This document shows, piece after piece, positions 11,453 to 24,499 of a DNA stretch of 64,000 nucleotides. The stretch is from Hydrolagus affinis (Eukaryota): contig JAAILG010001325.1 of the NCBI GenBank assembly GCA_012026655.1, positions 1 through 64,000 of the forward strand. The letters run 5' to 3'. The translations under genes were made by a program, and so were the position numbers. The number at the start of each line of letters is the position of its first letter. Position 1 is the first letter of the stretch. The notes under the pieces were generated by a model. The model searched no databases and had not been told where the DNA came from. It worked only from the letters and a program-made list of their open reading frames with translations.

Positions 11453-12714
11453 TCGCCCTTCATTCAGGCAGCATCTCGGAACATTAAGTCAAAGACCAAG
11501 AAGCCAGAGTAAAGACCGGCCAAGGTGTTCATGTCAGAGCATTGCCAGTGAGAGGGTGAGGGGGAAGCGGAGAAGGGACGCAAATCGCATAGAAAACTGC
11601 TCAATAATAAGCCGAGTTTATATACGAGGCGGTAATTGTAACAGATGATCATCACTGCTCCAGGTGGAATAAAGCGAGTAGTTCAGTTCAGTGATGTCCA
11701 GTTAGAAAAAGAAACAGCTGAACTTTGCATTGCTGAGGATTTTCACATCTTTCCACCGCCTTGCTGCACAAAATCCGCCAGTTTTCCTGAACAGCTTCTG
11801 CAGCAAATGTACTGTTTGCTTTCTCTGGCGTCTGTGGAATATGGAGCTCAGCATGTCCAATGGAATACATATTCCATTCCCTATATTATGAGCCATTATC
11901 TTGTACCCCCTTTCCCCCCGACACCCGCCCCCCACCTCCTCCAACAGCCACCCACCCACCCCCACACTTACATACACACACTCACACACCACCAGCAACA
12001 ACTTACATTCCCCCTGATCATCGGGAAAGAAAACAAAGGACTGGACTGTTCACCAGAAAGCACCGCAAGTGTTTTAAATCAGCACAAAAGCAGCTTCCTG
12101 TCAAAACCCAGAGCAGCCACACATTGAATGATGCCTTTACCCCAACCACGCCAGTGTTTTATTTTCCTTGCTGTGAGCCTGACACATGATAAATAGAGCG
12201 AGACGCCAAAGTGGTCCCTCAACCATAATTCAGGAGCGAGAAGCTTTCCCCCCAACCCTCCCCTGACGGACACTCGCAGTAAATCTCCCCTCCAATTGGT
12301 TTGTCAGTGTCTATAAATCCTCCCCACCGCTGACCCCCACCCCTACCCCCGTCCCCAACACATTCTGATATTCTCCCAACTAATTTTAATTACGTCATAA
12401 AAGTCAAACACTTGTAAAGTACTGGAGGTTACTCTCGCCGTCGGATGTTCTTTAAAGCATATTTGTTTAACACCGAGGGTTGATGGTGTCCGCGGAGGGC
12501 TGTTTTGCTAAGCTCGGCAACCTGTGGGGGGGAGTGAGGAAAAGGCCACAGGTCCAACTGATCCGTTCTCTCCACTGAACCCCATCAATCCTACTCGATT
12601 GTATACCTCACTCCATCCTCTTGCTCGTAGGGAACATCTTGAAATACATCCTAGACCCCCATCAAGCAAAACCCTCCATCAAATTATCCATTGCCACACA
12701 GTTACCACTCCATA

Positions 12715-12958
12715 ATTATAATAATAAATAATAATAATAGTACTTGAGTTTGATACAGAGCCTTATCTCGTCATCTTAAGGAAATCACAGTAGTGACTGT
12801 GTATTTGTGGGCAAATGTGAGAGCCAATTGTTGCCCAGCAATGTCCCACAAACAAGCCATAAGACGAGCGACCAAATTTATCTGACAGACTGTTGACTAC
12901 AGGAGAAACTGCGTTCTCTTTTCGAATAGTGCCATCGGACCTTTAACGTCCACCTGAC
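12715..12958 (-). mobile_element. Old Deu-type SINE fragment
   Basis: ttcgaatagtgccatcggacctttaacgtccacctga (reverse of the Deu-like segment) and an (AAT)n tail. Confidence 0.65.
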
Positions 12959-15900
12959 TTGAAAAAAAATCTATCTAGAACACGTGGTTGCCGGTTACAG
13001 ACATCATGTCCCAAGGGTATTTTCCACCTCAATCATTTCTCAGTGTCTTCCAGTATTCTCCTCAAGCACACACTTAATCAGCTCCTGTTTCAAGGCTCAT
13101 CTCCTAGCGAGTCATTATCAAAAGTTACCGGCAGAAATAAGCCTTTTGCTCATTTTGCTTCCCATCCAATGTCCAAATAAGGCACCAATGTATGGGGAGA
13201 AATCATTCAAACCTCCATTTGAGCGGAAACATTCGTTCATCTTGGACAAGGGTGATAATGATAGAATGATCACTCCAGAATGATGCAATGAGTGGTAGGA
13301 TGGCTATACCACCGGTATTAAATCTCTCTGTAGACCCCCCACTCTCCTTGAAGGTATGGACTCTAAGCTGGAGCTCTGTAGTTCAGGTAAAAATAGTTTG
13401 TACCCCATTCGCTAGTCACTCTTGCCTTTGTGGAACCGAAACCATTTCTGGGATTTTCAGTGTAATAGATTTTAATGAACTCTCTCTCGCTCAATCCGCC
13501 TTAATGAGAGGATTGGTACCTGTAGGGAGGGACCATGTTAGGGAGGAAAAACGTTAATTTTTTCCATCGATTTCTGTAAATTCTGCAACAAAAATAAAGA
13601 CAAAGCGCATGTTAGCCAGGCCAGCGATGCTAATTATTCAGCTGAAAAACTGCAGGGACCTCAAATGCGAAATAAGTTTCCTGATTTGGGTTCTCACTGC
13701 ATTGCACTGGTCTTGCTGCGTGGAGCCATGTGCAGATATGCCCAGTATGCCCATGGGCGGAATTACCTGGGTTGAGCCCAGATAGACTTGTTCCTCTATA
13801 CCTTGTTTGCGACCTTGGAAACTTGTTTTCATTCATTCCAACTGTAAAAAGGTGGGTAGGCATGTCACAGCCCACATCGATTTAACCAATATTATAATAC
13901 TGTAGCAATAATCCTTGTATTTGATATTTAGTGCCTTATCGTGTCATTGAGACATCTCAAAGCGCTTCTCAGGATATACTGTAAAGTGAATTGACAGCGT
14001 TTTTTGTGGGCGAAACATAAAATATTCTAATGGCTCAGGCTTTACACGGTGGTTAAACTTCAGTGTGAAAATTGTGTTGAAACTCATCTGTTGCTTTCTT
14101 TTTTAAAGCCTTCAAACTCCTCGAATTTGCACCCGTGTGTGTCTTGTTATTACTATAATACGAACGCAGTCTCCAAGGCTCAGCATTAATGGAGATGAAT
14201 CCCTCTCTACACGACCGTGGAGTAAAGTAAATCAGGGGAGGTGGAGATTTCATATTAAAAAGGAAAGTGAATGGATATGACTCTCAACTCCGTTTGTCAG
14301 GTTATTAACTAGACGAGGTTTGAACACGTTTCCTCTGTCTGAGGCTCAGCATGCCAGCCTCTCTCAATGCCAGGCGTTTGCTAACAAGGCACTGTGCACA
14401 TCAAGACAACATCCCCCCCTCCCTGGCAGATGTCCTGCAGACACAAACAATGTCGCACGTTGCAGTCTGGCTTTCACGGGGGAATGACCCGGAACAGACT
14501 GTTCAGCTGGATCATAAAGGGTCACGTCGCTGCCAATGTAAGTGTTAATTAAACACAGCTCACCAGTTAATGAGAATGTTCAATTAAACAAGGGGATTTT
14601 GCTCGGTGACGGAATCATTCATCCTTTCTGCTGCATTATCAGATGAGCTGGAGATTGGACTTTCCACTCTATAACCATCTCATTTCAACATGTCCCACAA
14701 AGAGTTCATCATTGGATTATCAGCTATAAATAATTGAATGAAAACGTAATGGACCTTGTTCTTTAATTTACATGCGAATGAGGAGAGTCTCAGACCAGAT
14801 TCTTTCGGTTTGGTTTCTGTCTGGTCCATAGAATCTTACAGCATAGAATGAGGCCATTCGACCCATCATGCCTAGGCCGGTTCTTTGAAAGAGTGATCAC
14901 CTATTTTTAAATAAAGATATTTCACACTGTTTCACTTGTTTTAATTGGATAGTTCTTTCCAAGAGTTATATGTAAAACAATGTTAAATAGTTTTGCTTAT
15001 AAAACATAGGATCAACATAAGATACTTCCATGGACATGGTGTCAGAGAGATATTCTCTGTGTGTGACAGCGAGGCAGATGGGATTGATTCAAAGCCTCTT
15101 CCCGGCTGCTTCACCCAGTGACACTACACTCAGGGTGTTTAACTAGAAGTTGAAGAGAACAGAAAATCAGACAGATGACAAAGTTAATCATAATTATTTC
15201 TGACTACGACTTCTAAGAGTGAAACGGACTCCCTAATGCTACCAGTGCTTGGAGGAATGAAGCTCTTCAGTGAATTCCTTGTAACACAGATTCAAGACAC
15301 GCAATCATCTTTTTTGCAAAGCGAATGTTCTTTCATCGAGGCGGATAAACTATCTTCTCTTTCAGGGGCAATACTGGATAATAAACCCATTCAATTTATG
15401 GATAATAGACTATTCATTATTAACTAAATGGCCCTATATGCCAAACTTTCTTTCCAGCGCCTGACACCCCTTCCCTGGATCCTCAGTCAATTTTTTTTGG
15501 TGGGGTCAGCTGGGTGTGACACTTGCAGAAACCCATCACCGTGCTTAAGAGTATATTACTCTACAAATGTAATTTGCTGTTGTTGTTGTTAAGAGTGTCC
15601 AAACCATTGCTGAGAATTCTACTCATCCCACCTACACATGGAATTACCCAATTCCGGAAAGAATTAGGCAAGAGTCAGGCTTGTCGGCACCCTAGAGTGT
15701 GTGTTGGGTGTAACTGCTGGAGTCTGAGCAGCTAAAACCATGTAGCTTGCCATAAATATCACTGTCTGGCAAGCTTTCCCACTGCCTATTCAGCTAGGAC
15801 CACCCTATCCTTTAGGCATTTGGCTTGCACTGGTCTCTCAGTCAAAACCAGATTCATGGCACCATCTTTTCCAGGACCGTAGGCTGCAGAACTCCTATCC

Positions 15901-17299
15901 TCCTTTCCCTTCCCTTTCCCCTATGCTCTGTAGGTTTTAAGAGCCAAGTGTAATTTCACCCAATCCTTGATTTATTTTGTTTAGCTTTCTAGTCTTTCCA
16001 AACCTTGGTCATTGCCCTTCACTGTGCACCTCGGCCCTTCACCCAAATTTCTCGATGGAAGAAAAATAGGAGGGAGGGTGGAGAGGTGGGGTGGGGGGGG
16101 CGGGAATAACAGCCTCTTACTATCAAACAGCCCAATTATGGTAAAGACTTGGGTATCTGGATAAGACCCACCTGGTGCATTTCGTTGGCTGTACTTGTGT
16201 CACCATAGCAGAGGGTATCAGTCAGTATGCGCCAATTGCAGTGCTAAACCTTTATTTATTGTTCCAACTCAATCAGAGCCTAAAGAGTATAATGTCTAAC
16301 AGCTGCCAGAGGTTAATTCTCTGTCACATTTGATAAATTCACCACAAATTCCATGGACTAATATGGGCTGAACCGATCGGGCTGTCTCCCATTAGGAGTT
16401 TTTTACGTTTAGGTTGGAGCACAAAGACAGATCTCTCCTGACGTCCTTTGTTCACCTCTTGATGTGCGCGCTGGGAATTGGGAGGTGGTGAGTGACACTG
16501 TACTGCTGCTCGAACTAGGGGGAAAGGAAAATCTATCAAACAGACAATTGAGGTGCGGGATTGCCTCATCAGATCGCGTCAGGAGGCAGAACCCAGGTCA
16601 TCACCACCAGACGGAGATAACTTATTAAGTGTCTGAACGATCCACGTGAGTGTTTAGCAAGGGTGACAATCATGGGCCGCGGATGAGGACATTACTTTCT
16701 CTTTAGATTTGTGGGAACCCGTCCAACTCGGGTTCATGTCCAGACGTTAATGCTGTGAAACGTAACACTGAGACTTTTTATTAACGACTTTGTGGATGCA
16801 AAACACTGCGCTCATCAAGATGAGGGATGTGGGAATGGAAAAAGTTTCCATCCTTTAGTGCAAGTGGAATAAAAACTAATAAAAAGGTATTTTGGAAGAA
16901 ATTGTCAACTTTGAAATCCCACAAAACATGAGATTAAATATATATAATGCATATATACAGTAATGATATTAAGAATTGCATTTGATATTGGGTTTCTAAA
17001 GTCAAATGACTGCAAAGTGTTTCACACAAATTACTTTTTATTGTACTAACTGTATATTTTAGGCAAACATAGCCAATTTTCACACAGATGTCAGGCAAAC
17101 AGCCAGTGGGTGAAGGACAAATTACCTGGAGAATTGTTGGTCAGCACACCACCACAACAACAACTAAACTAAATGATTTTGTGGAGCGCCTTACATGTCG
17201 GGCGGACGTCCCAAGTCGAGTGCGGCAGAGAATACGAGTTGCAGAGTTTTGGATGATCTTCAGCTTGTGATTAATAAAGTGTCCACTTTTTTGTCCACC

Positions 17300-17560
17300 T
17301 AAACATGCAGACAGGACCTCGGTTTCACGTTTCATCAAAGGAAGGCACCTCTGACAATTCAGTGCTCCCCCAACACTTCACTAGAGTGCCAGCCACGACT
17401 TTGAGCTCCACTAGAGCAACAAGTTGAATTTACGTAGCGCTATTCATTCGGGGTAGCATCCCAGAGTGCTTCAAAACTCCGAGGCTTCAGTGATGGGCTC
17501 GAACCCAAAGTCTTCTCACTCAGAAGCAACGGTCCAGTAAATGGAGTGAGACTGACACTT
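17300..17560 (-). mobile_element. Old Deu-type SINE 5' half, interrupted by an L2-type tail at ~17415-17475
   Basis: gacaggacctcggtttcacgtttcatc...gcacctctgacaa...gggctcgaaccc...tctcactcagaagc...gctgacac, homologous to 42480-42770. Confidence 0.6.
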
Positions 17561-17592
17561 GATATCAATCCAAATTCAGCGGAGTAATGAAC

Positions 17593-17768
17593 AATAATAT
17601 TATTAATAATACTATTCCTTGCATTTGATTCAGGAATGCCTTATCACGCAGCGTCACAAACAGTTGTGAATTCTACTTACTGCTAGGTAACCAGAGGCGT
17701 GTGGGGTAAGGAAACTTACCCAACCTCCCGCTTGCAAATCAAGCGCTCTAACAACTGAGCTACAGGAC
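17593..17768 (-). mobile_element. Internally deleted SINE, long subfamily
   Basis: ctacttactgctaggtaaccagaggcgtgtggggtaaggaaactt and gcgctctaacaactgagctacagga are reverse complements of family segments. Confidence 0.75.
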
Positions 17769-18549
17769 GTGTTTCAATAAAGACTGTAAAGGATTGCTTT
17801 ATGCTGACTAATGTTAAATTATTGGAGTACATCGCTGGAGCTCTTCAGCGCGGATTAAGGCTAACAGGAGTTACAGCCATCACACCCGCTAGGGGGGGAG
17901 GTGGGGGGAAATCACAGCCTGGCCAGCCATGACCACAGACATCTCCCGCTGAACGTACGTACAGAAGGAAACTTGCCAGCATCGAGTTTCCACAGCCATC
18001 CTCCTAACCCAGCTCGCAATATCAAGTGCGGTGGGTAATGACTGTGGACGCTGAGGCCTCAGCTGGAGGAGCGCTTGGAAGTGACTACCTGGTGGGATAT
18101 GCCTCATTACCACTTCCTGCAGTTACCGCAGCAGTTACTCCAAACCTCCTGTGGTTGCGATGCAGTTGTGCGGTATATTCATTCATCCCGCTGTTCCTTC
18201 GCTTCCCCTGCAAAGCACCAGATTGCATCTGGAAGTTTCACCGGCAAACGCCCACAGCCGGGATTTATCCAGAGACTTCAACATCGCTCAGCTGTTGGGC
18301 GGGATGATAAAGAAATCCCTAACAAATGAAAAAGATTCCCATGATATTGTTGCGATAGGGTTGTCACCTCCATTGGACTGTTGGGTTCTGCCCGCACCCT
18401 CCCCCACCTCTAGGGCACAGCTGAAACAAATCCTTACTGACTTCAAATCTAAGGCATTCTTTGCCCTAAGTCCGTAACTTGAGAGTGTCTTTTCTCCACA
18501 TCGATCCCCAACTCTCAGATTACCAGGTAAACAGAAAGAAAGGACTTTC

Positions 18550-18935
18550 GTGTTGTTATAGCACCTTATCAAATCCAAATGTCTCAAAGCACCTCACAAG
18601 TAATTACCATTCAGTGTTTTTCTAGGCAAATTAGCAACCATGTGTATCTGGAATGTCCCACAAACAGCCTTGGGGGTTAATGACCAATTTAGTTGATGGA
18701 TTGTTAGCCAGGGCACCAGGAGAAACTCCCTTCTACTTTTCCCAGTCGCGTAAGAGATTTTTGATCTCCGCCTGACTAGACAGATTGGACATTAATTTAA
18801 CATCCATCTGAAGGGCCTTGCCTCTTACAGTGTAATTTTCCCCCCAAGCTCTCCCCCCCCTCACCCCCCCACCACCCACCCCCCCAATCCAGTACTGCAC
18901 TGAAGTGTCAGCCTGAACTGTGAGCTCAAGTCTCA
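18550..18935 (-). mobile_element. Old Deu-type SINE
   Basis: gcaccttatc...gtctcaaagcac, gtcccacaaacagc, ttagccagggcaccaggagaaactcccttctactttt, tttaacatccatctgaagg and gtactgcactgaagtgtcagcct occur in family order. Confidence 0.7.
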
Positions 18936-19429
18936 ACTAGCGTCCATTAAACGCACACCATTCCTGTGGTTTTTCCCTCCCAACATAACTCACTAAGGTG
19001 TCCACAAAGAATCCCTGAAAAATAAACGCGTCTTGAAAGACAAAGAGTTCACAAACACAGTTAAGAGTCCACTAGATCTCTTGCATACAGGCTTGTTAGT
19101 CAACCGAACATTTAACTGTAGGCTTAGAACAGAAAAAGATTAGGAAAAGAATGCAGTTCAAGATCAAGCCAACCAGAGCCAGATGTAGTATTGAAACCGA
19201 AGTTATGAAGGGCAAAAAATAATCCATTTTATTTGGTTCCAGCCTCATTGGAAAACCGATCTGCACACTCCTGACTGATTCACCTCAGGGGAAGGAAAAG
19301 ACCTCGATCACCTCAGAGAGACAAATTGAACAGAGGCATTGCACGAGACGTATTCATTTTAGGCCAAGTAAATGCAGGTAAATGTCTCTAGGTTGGGAAG
19401 CAGAGAACCCTCTACAATGTTTGGTGAAG

Positions 19430-19865
19430 GGAGTAATAATTCCTTAAAAAATAATAATAGTCTGGTCGCTCAGTCTATGACTGTTTGTGGGACACTGCTG
19501 TGCACAATTGGCTGCCGTATTTCGTCCACAAAATAACAACATCAAAATGACACTTATTATGGCTCCTTTCATGTCAGGAGGACGCCCCAAGGTGCTGGAC
19601 AATCATTGTTTCAGACCCAAACTGGGGTTGGGGATGGGGAGGGTGGAGGGAAAGTGGGGGATTTGGGATGATCGATAGGACCGTCGAAGAGGAGGGTCTT
19701 GAGGTGGGACTTGAAGGAGGCCAGGGAGGGGCGAGGCGCAGGGACTGCGGGATAGAATACAAAGCTAATTAGCTTTTCAGTCTATACTGTGAAGCGCTTT
19801 GTGGAGTCTCGACAACGTGATAAGGCGCTATATCAGACACTAAGGATTATAGGATTATTTATTAT
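19430..19865 (+). mobile_element. SINE interrupted by a minus-strand L2 3' end (about 19531-19760)
   Basis: The SINE body stops at ttcgtccacaaa and resumes near cagtctatactgtgaagcgcttt. The insert is the reverse complement of the L2 end (gtcgaagaggagggtcttgaggtgggacttgaaggaggc). Confidence 0.8.
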
Positions 19866-20628
19866 ATGATTTGCACAGGGTGACCAAAAAAGTCTTATTT
19901 TTTGAGCTACCCTCTTCTCGCCTCACGAAAAATTATCGGAATTTCTTTAAGGACTCATTAAGACTTTGTAATGCTATCACAATGTTCAGGTCACCCCTGT
20001 ACACTCTCGAAAGCGTGAGAATGGAATCTGCGGAGGTCACGGAAAAAGCTTCCAGGAATGTGGAACGAGTTGTGAATGGCACCCTTAATCAATCTGTTTG
20101 GGTGTGTGTGTGTGTGGGGCAGAAACATGCGACAGTGACACTGTGCAGCTCTGGCCCGCAGGCAGGCCGGCCGCAACGATCTCCAATTCTGCAGAGAAAT
20201 TCCAATCGTGTACTGATCACAGAGCAATGTTTCCAGCTTACAGATATTTGGAGTGTCACAAGCAATGGGCAGATTCCTCCAGTGCAATGAATGCAGCAAA
20301 TTGACAATGATTAATTTCGTACTCGAAGCAATTTTTGGGATTGCCATTAAAACTCGAGGCAATCTTGGGCTCATTTTTCCACTAGGTTTGGGCTGTTTTG
20401 TGACACGAATGATATAATAACCATAAATCAATAGGCGTGGGGATTTGTAAATGGCAGAGCGTAAATCTCTCATCAAAAGTTTTTTTTGCCAAAAGGTCAG
20501 AAGAGCCATTACTCACCCCCCCCCACACAAGTATCATGGACTACAGGTAGAATCAATTAAAACAGTCTACGCAATGCGATCAGATCAGATCGCATCAGAA
20601 ATGCAGCAAAGAGACTTTTGCTTGAAGT

Positions 20629-21340
20629 CATAAAACATAAGAAAAAGGAGTAGGAGTAGACCATTTGGCCCCTCAAGCCTGCCCCGCCATTTAATAAATC
20701 TTCTACCCTGATCTTCTACTCTAATTTAATTTACCCATTCTATCCCTATATCCCTTAATGCCTCTATCCTTTAGAAATTTATCAATCTCAGTCTTGAATA
20801 TGTTCAAGGACTGAGCATCTGCAACCTTCTGGGGTCGACAATTCCATAAATTCACTACCCTCTGAGTGAAAAAATGTTTCTCAATTCTGTTCGAAAAGGT
20901 TGATCCTTAATCTTGATACTGTGACCCCTAGTTTTAGATTCTCCAACCAAGGAAAACAGTCTCCCATCACTGTCTACTCTGTCATGCCTCTAAAGAATCT
21001 TATAGATATCTATAAGATCACCTCTAATTCTTCTATATTCTAGAGAATATAGGCCTAGATTACTCAACTATGCTCATAGGTCAACCCTCTCATTCCAGGA
21101 ACCAACCTAGTGAATCTACGCTGCACCCCCTATTGGGCGACTATGTCCTTTCGTAAGGAAACCTAAACCGCACACAATATTCTAGGTTCGGTCTCACGAA
21201 GGCCCTATACTATCACAGCAAGACTCTCCTACTCTTGTATGCCAACCCTGTTGCAATGAACGCCAACATGCCATTAGCCTTCCTAGTTGCTTGCTGTATC
21301 TGCTACTAACCTTTTGTGACTGATGTACAAGGACACCCAA
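20629..21340 (-). mobile_element. CR1 LINE, 5'-truncated (~710 bp of ORF2 C-terminus plus 3'UTR), frameshifted
   Basis: The minus strand gives LGVLVHQSQKVS, then after frameshifts RKANGMLAFIA.G and YRAFVRPNLEYCVRF, which are typical CR1 ORF2 C-terminal motifs. It ends in a cttatgttttatg tail. Confidence 0.92.
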
Positions 21341-21611
21341 AGACCTGGGTTTGATTCCTGGTAAGGCAAAAACCTTGGGCAAGTTTCCTTACTTCACACA
21401 CCTGACAATAATCCCACAAGAAAAAAAATAATAAATTGTTCACTTCAGTCCACAACTGTTTGAGGAACACTGCTGGGTGTAATTGGCTGCTGCCTTTCGT
21501 CTACAAGTTTACAGTCAATTCGCTTTACAGAATATTCTGTGAGGCGCTTTGAGACATCTGGAAAACGTGAAAAGCTCTGTATCAAATGCAAGGATTATTA
21601 TTATTATTATT
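21341..21611 (+). mobile_element. SINE lacking the A box
   Basis: Starts at gacctgggtttgattcc, followed by the full body and a (TTA)n tail. Confidence 0.88.
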
Positions 21612-22376
21612 TGACCTCTTGATTCCAACCTCCAGCTCGGGTGCAAACCCATTACTGTCCAGCGCCCTGGAGCCTGAAAGGCACTACATAAGCGCAAATT
21701 GTTGTTGTTGTCGGGGTTTGATTATTCCAGCACTGCGCCACAGATCAGAACCAAATCAGTTCCCATTTGTCTGCAGATTTGCGCACATTCCTGGCCAGTT
21801 GGTATCGAGTTCCCGAGATCCATCACAGAGCAAACATGGACAGTAATTGCACAAAGCCAGTCAATTCATCAAATCGGATCCAGTTACAAAAAACGCCAAT
21901 TAGGCTCGTTCCGAAGAGTTTGAGAGCGGCCAAGTTTTCAAGTAGAGCCAGGTTTCGTTTAGTATTTAACCAATCAAAATTGCCTCGCATTTTGCATGAT
22001 CCAGCTAACTGGCAGAGGTGAAGCCTGACAGATGTTTACTCGCCAGAAAGTACGATACGCCCAGACTGTGACACTACATGGAGGCAGGGTTGCCAGCTAA
22101 TCTGCCTGTTGATGTAAACCGTCCAGATGCCAAGGGATTAAGGTGACAAACAAAGCAGCAGCCTGAGAAATGAGTCTATTATTAGGTTCTCAACCTCCCC
22201 ACTCCACGCAAATCCCTCCACACCTTCCTATCTCTCCCATTTTCTCCTACCCTGCTCCTCCACTCCCTCCACTTGGCTAACTGCATGACCCACAACCTCT
22301 CCTCCCAACTAGCAGTAGCCGCGCTTGCAGATATAATGTGCCTGGCCCCTATCTCTCTCAGTCTGCCCTGCTTTGT

Positions 22377-22686
22377 GAAGTCCTGTAGCTCAGTGGTTAG
22401 AGCACTCGCCTTACAGGTAAGAAAACCTGGGTTAAGTTCCAGGCAGGGCAAAACCTTGGGCAAGTTTCCTTACTTCACACGCCTAATAATAATCCCTCCC
22501 CACAAAATAATAAATTGGTAATTTCAATCCACGACTGGTGGTGGGGCACTGCTGTTCGCAATTGGCTGCCGCGTTTCGCCCACAGATATACAGTCAATTC
22601 ACTTTACAGCGTATTCTGTGAAACGCTTTGTGATGTCTAGAGAACATGATAAGGCGCTTTTTCAAATGCAATGATTATTATTATTG
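22377..22686 (+). mobile_element. Full-length SINE, short subfamily
   Basis: gtcctgtagctcagtggttagagcactcgccttacagg... through aaatgcaatgattattattatt. Confidence 0.92.
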
Positions 22687-23272
22687 TTGCACCAACCTTT
22701 TTCATGCTGCATATCAAAATCCAGCCCGGGAAAACAATTCTGGAACAAATAAACAATTTAATAATCGTCTTATTATGATTTAAAGAATAATAATAATTTA
22801 ATTAGAGCGAAAATATGGGGCTTCAATCTCAAGTCTATCAATCAACCAAGTTGTGATTTAAAAAGGTTAAATCCCACCGAGATGCCGGCCGTTCCAATTT
22901 TCTCAGCATCTGTTCCAGGTCCCGATTGCAGTCACAAAAGAACATTGAGGTGCCCTGACATCTCGCACTATTAGACAGCCCAGTAACAACACTCCCACTT
23001 GTCTGCAAATTTGTTTGACTTAATCTGGCAACGTCAGTGTCAGACAAATGCTGACATGGATGTCTAGGCTCCCCAACCCACATCATCAGGGAAGGCGTGT
23101 GTATTGAATGTTAAAGAGATTTGCACTGAAAGTAGAATGCACATGAATTGGTTGATCCGGGTTTCAACTACTGTAAAGTCACCAGTGAAAGGCTGTAGTT
23201 TAGGGTCCCAGGGAACGCGGTCCCTTTAGATCACAACGGTTTAAAGGAGAAGATGGGATGTCCTCCTGATGC

Positions 23273-23530
23273 TCAGGGCGAAACCTTGGGCAGGTTTCCT
23301 TACTCCACATGCCTAACAATAATCCGTCCCCCCAAAAAAAACTACAAAAATTGGTCATTTTCAATCCACGACTGTTTGGGACACTGCTGTGTGCAATTGG
23401 CTGCTGCATTTCGCCTGCAAATATACAGCCAATTCACTTTACAGTAAATTCCGTGAAGCGTTTTGAGACGTCGATAAGATGTGAGAAGCGCTATATCAAA
23501 CTCAAGGATTATTATTATGATTATTATTAT
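23273..23530 (+). mobile_element. SINE, head truncated
   Basis: cagggcgaaaccttgggcagg through the (TTA)n tail. Confidence 0.9.
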
Positions 23531-23755
23531 GTTGTTGTAGCAATGTGTGCTGTGTGTGAGGTGCCCGGCCCTGTTTGCAGACGAAACTCGAGAAAAAGAG
23601 GTCACTAATTGTGTATTAGACCATTAACCTGGCACAGTGTAACCTGGTAGAACATCTCAAGTGTGTAAACACCTGTCAGGCTTGCGGCTCTAACAGATGT
23701 GCTCATTCAGAGCTCATCTGCATCATCTCTGCGCCTGCAGAGAACAATAATAAAA

Positions 23756-23865
23756 TTAATAATAATAATCCTTGCATTTGACATAGCGCTTTTCACGTCC
23801 TCTAGACGTCTCGAAACGCTTCACAGAATAGACTGTAAAGTGAATTGACTGTGTATTTGTGGGCA
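23756..23865 (-). mobile_element. SINE 3' fragment
   Basis: aataataatccttgcatttgacatagcgcttttcacgtc. Confidence 0.85.
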
Positions 23866-24114
23866 GAGATAAGTCAAAGCGCTTTTCCGACTGTCTCTTG
23901 AGCGCCTTTGTTTTTCTTTTGCATGGGTTCGAGGAATGAGTCGAGAATGGGGAAAGGAAAGTTCCTAATAGGGTGATGTTAGCTGGCAAGTGTGAATGGT
24001 GTGCAACTGAAAAAACAATAAGAAAGGTTCCTTTTGTAGATAGCGACAGGAAATACACAGTCAATTCACTTTACAGTGTATCCTGCGAAGTGCTTTGAGA
24101 TGGCTCATCAACAT

Positions 24115-24499
24115 GGAGCTCCTGTGGCTCAGTGGTTAGAGTACTTGTCTTGCAAGCTGGGGAGACCAAGCTGGGGAGACCTGTGTTCGAATCCAGGCAG
24201 GTCAGGGCGAAACCTTGGGCAAGTTTCCTTACTCCACACGCCTAATAATAATCCCTCCAAAAAAAACACAATAATAAAATTGGTCATTTCAATCCACGAC
24301 TGTTTGTGGGGACGCTGCTGTTCGCAATTGGCTGCCACGATTCGCCCACAAATACAGTCAATTCACTTTACAGTATATTCTGTGAAGTGCTTTGGGATGT
24401 TGATAAGATGTGAAAAGCGCTATATCAAATGCAAGAATTATTATATATTATTATTATATGATAAGGCGCTATTCAAATGCAAAGATTGCTATTATTATT
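24115..24499 (+). mobile_element. Full-length SINE with a 14-bp head duplication and a duplicated tail
   Basis: A box tggctcagtgg, (caagctggggagac)x2, B box gttcgaatcc. The tail segment gcgcta...aaatgcaa...ttattatta occurs twice. Confidence 0.93.

Noticed and set aside
19871-20509. Overlapping 139-aa and 172-aa ORFs
   Set aside because: They include GT-repeat translation, have no domain and lack convincing splice boundaries.
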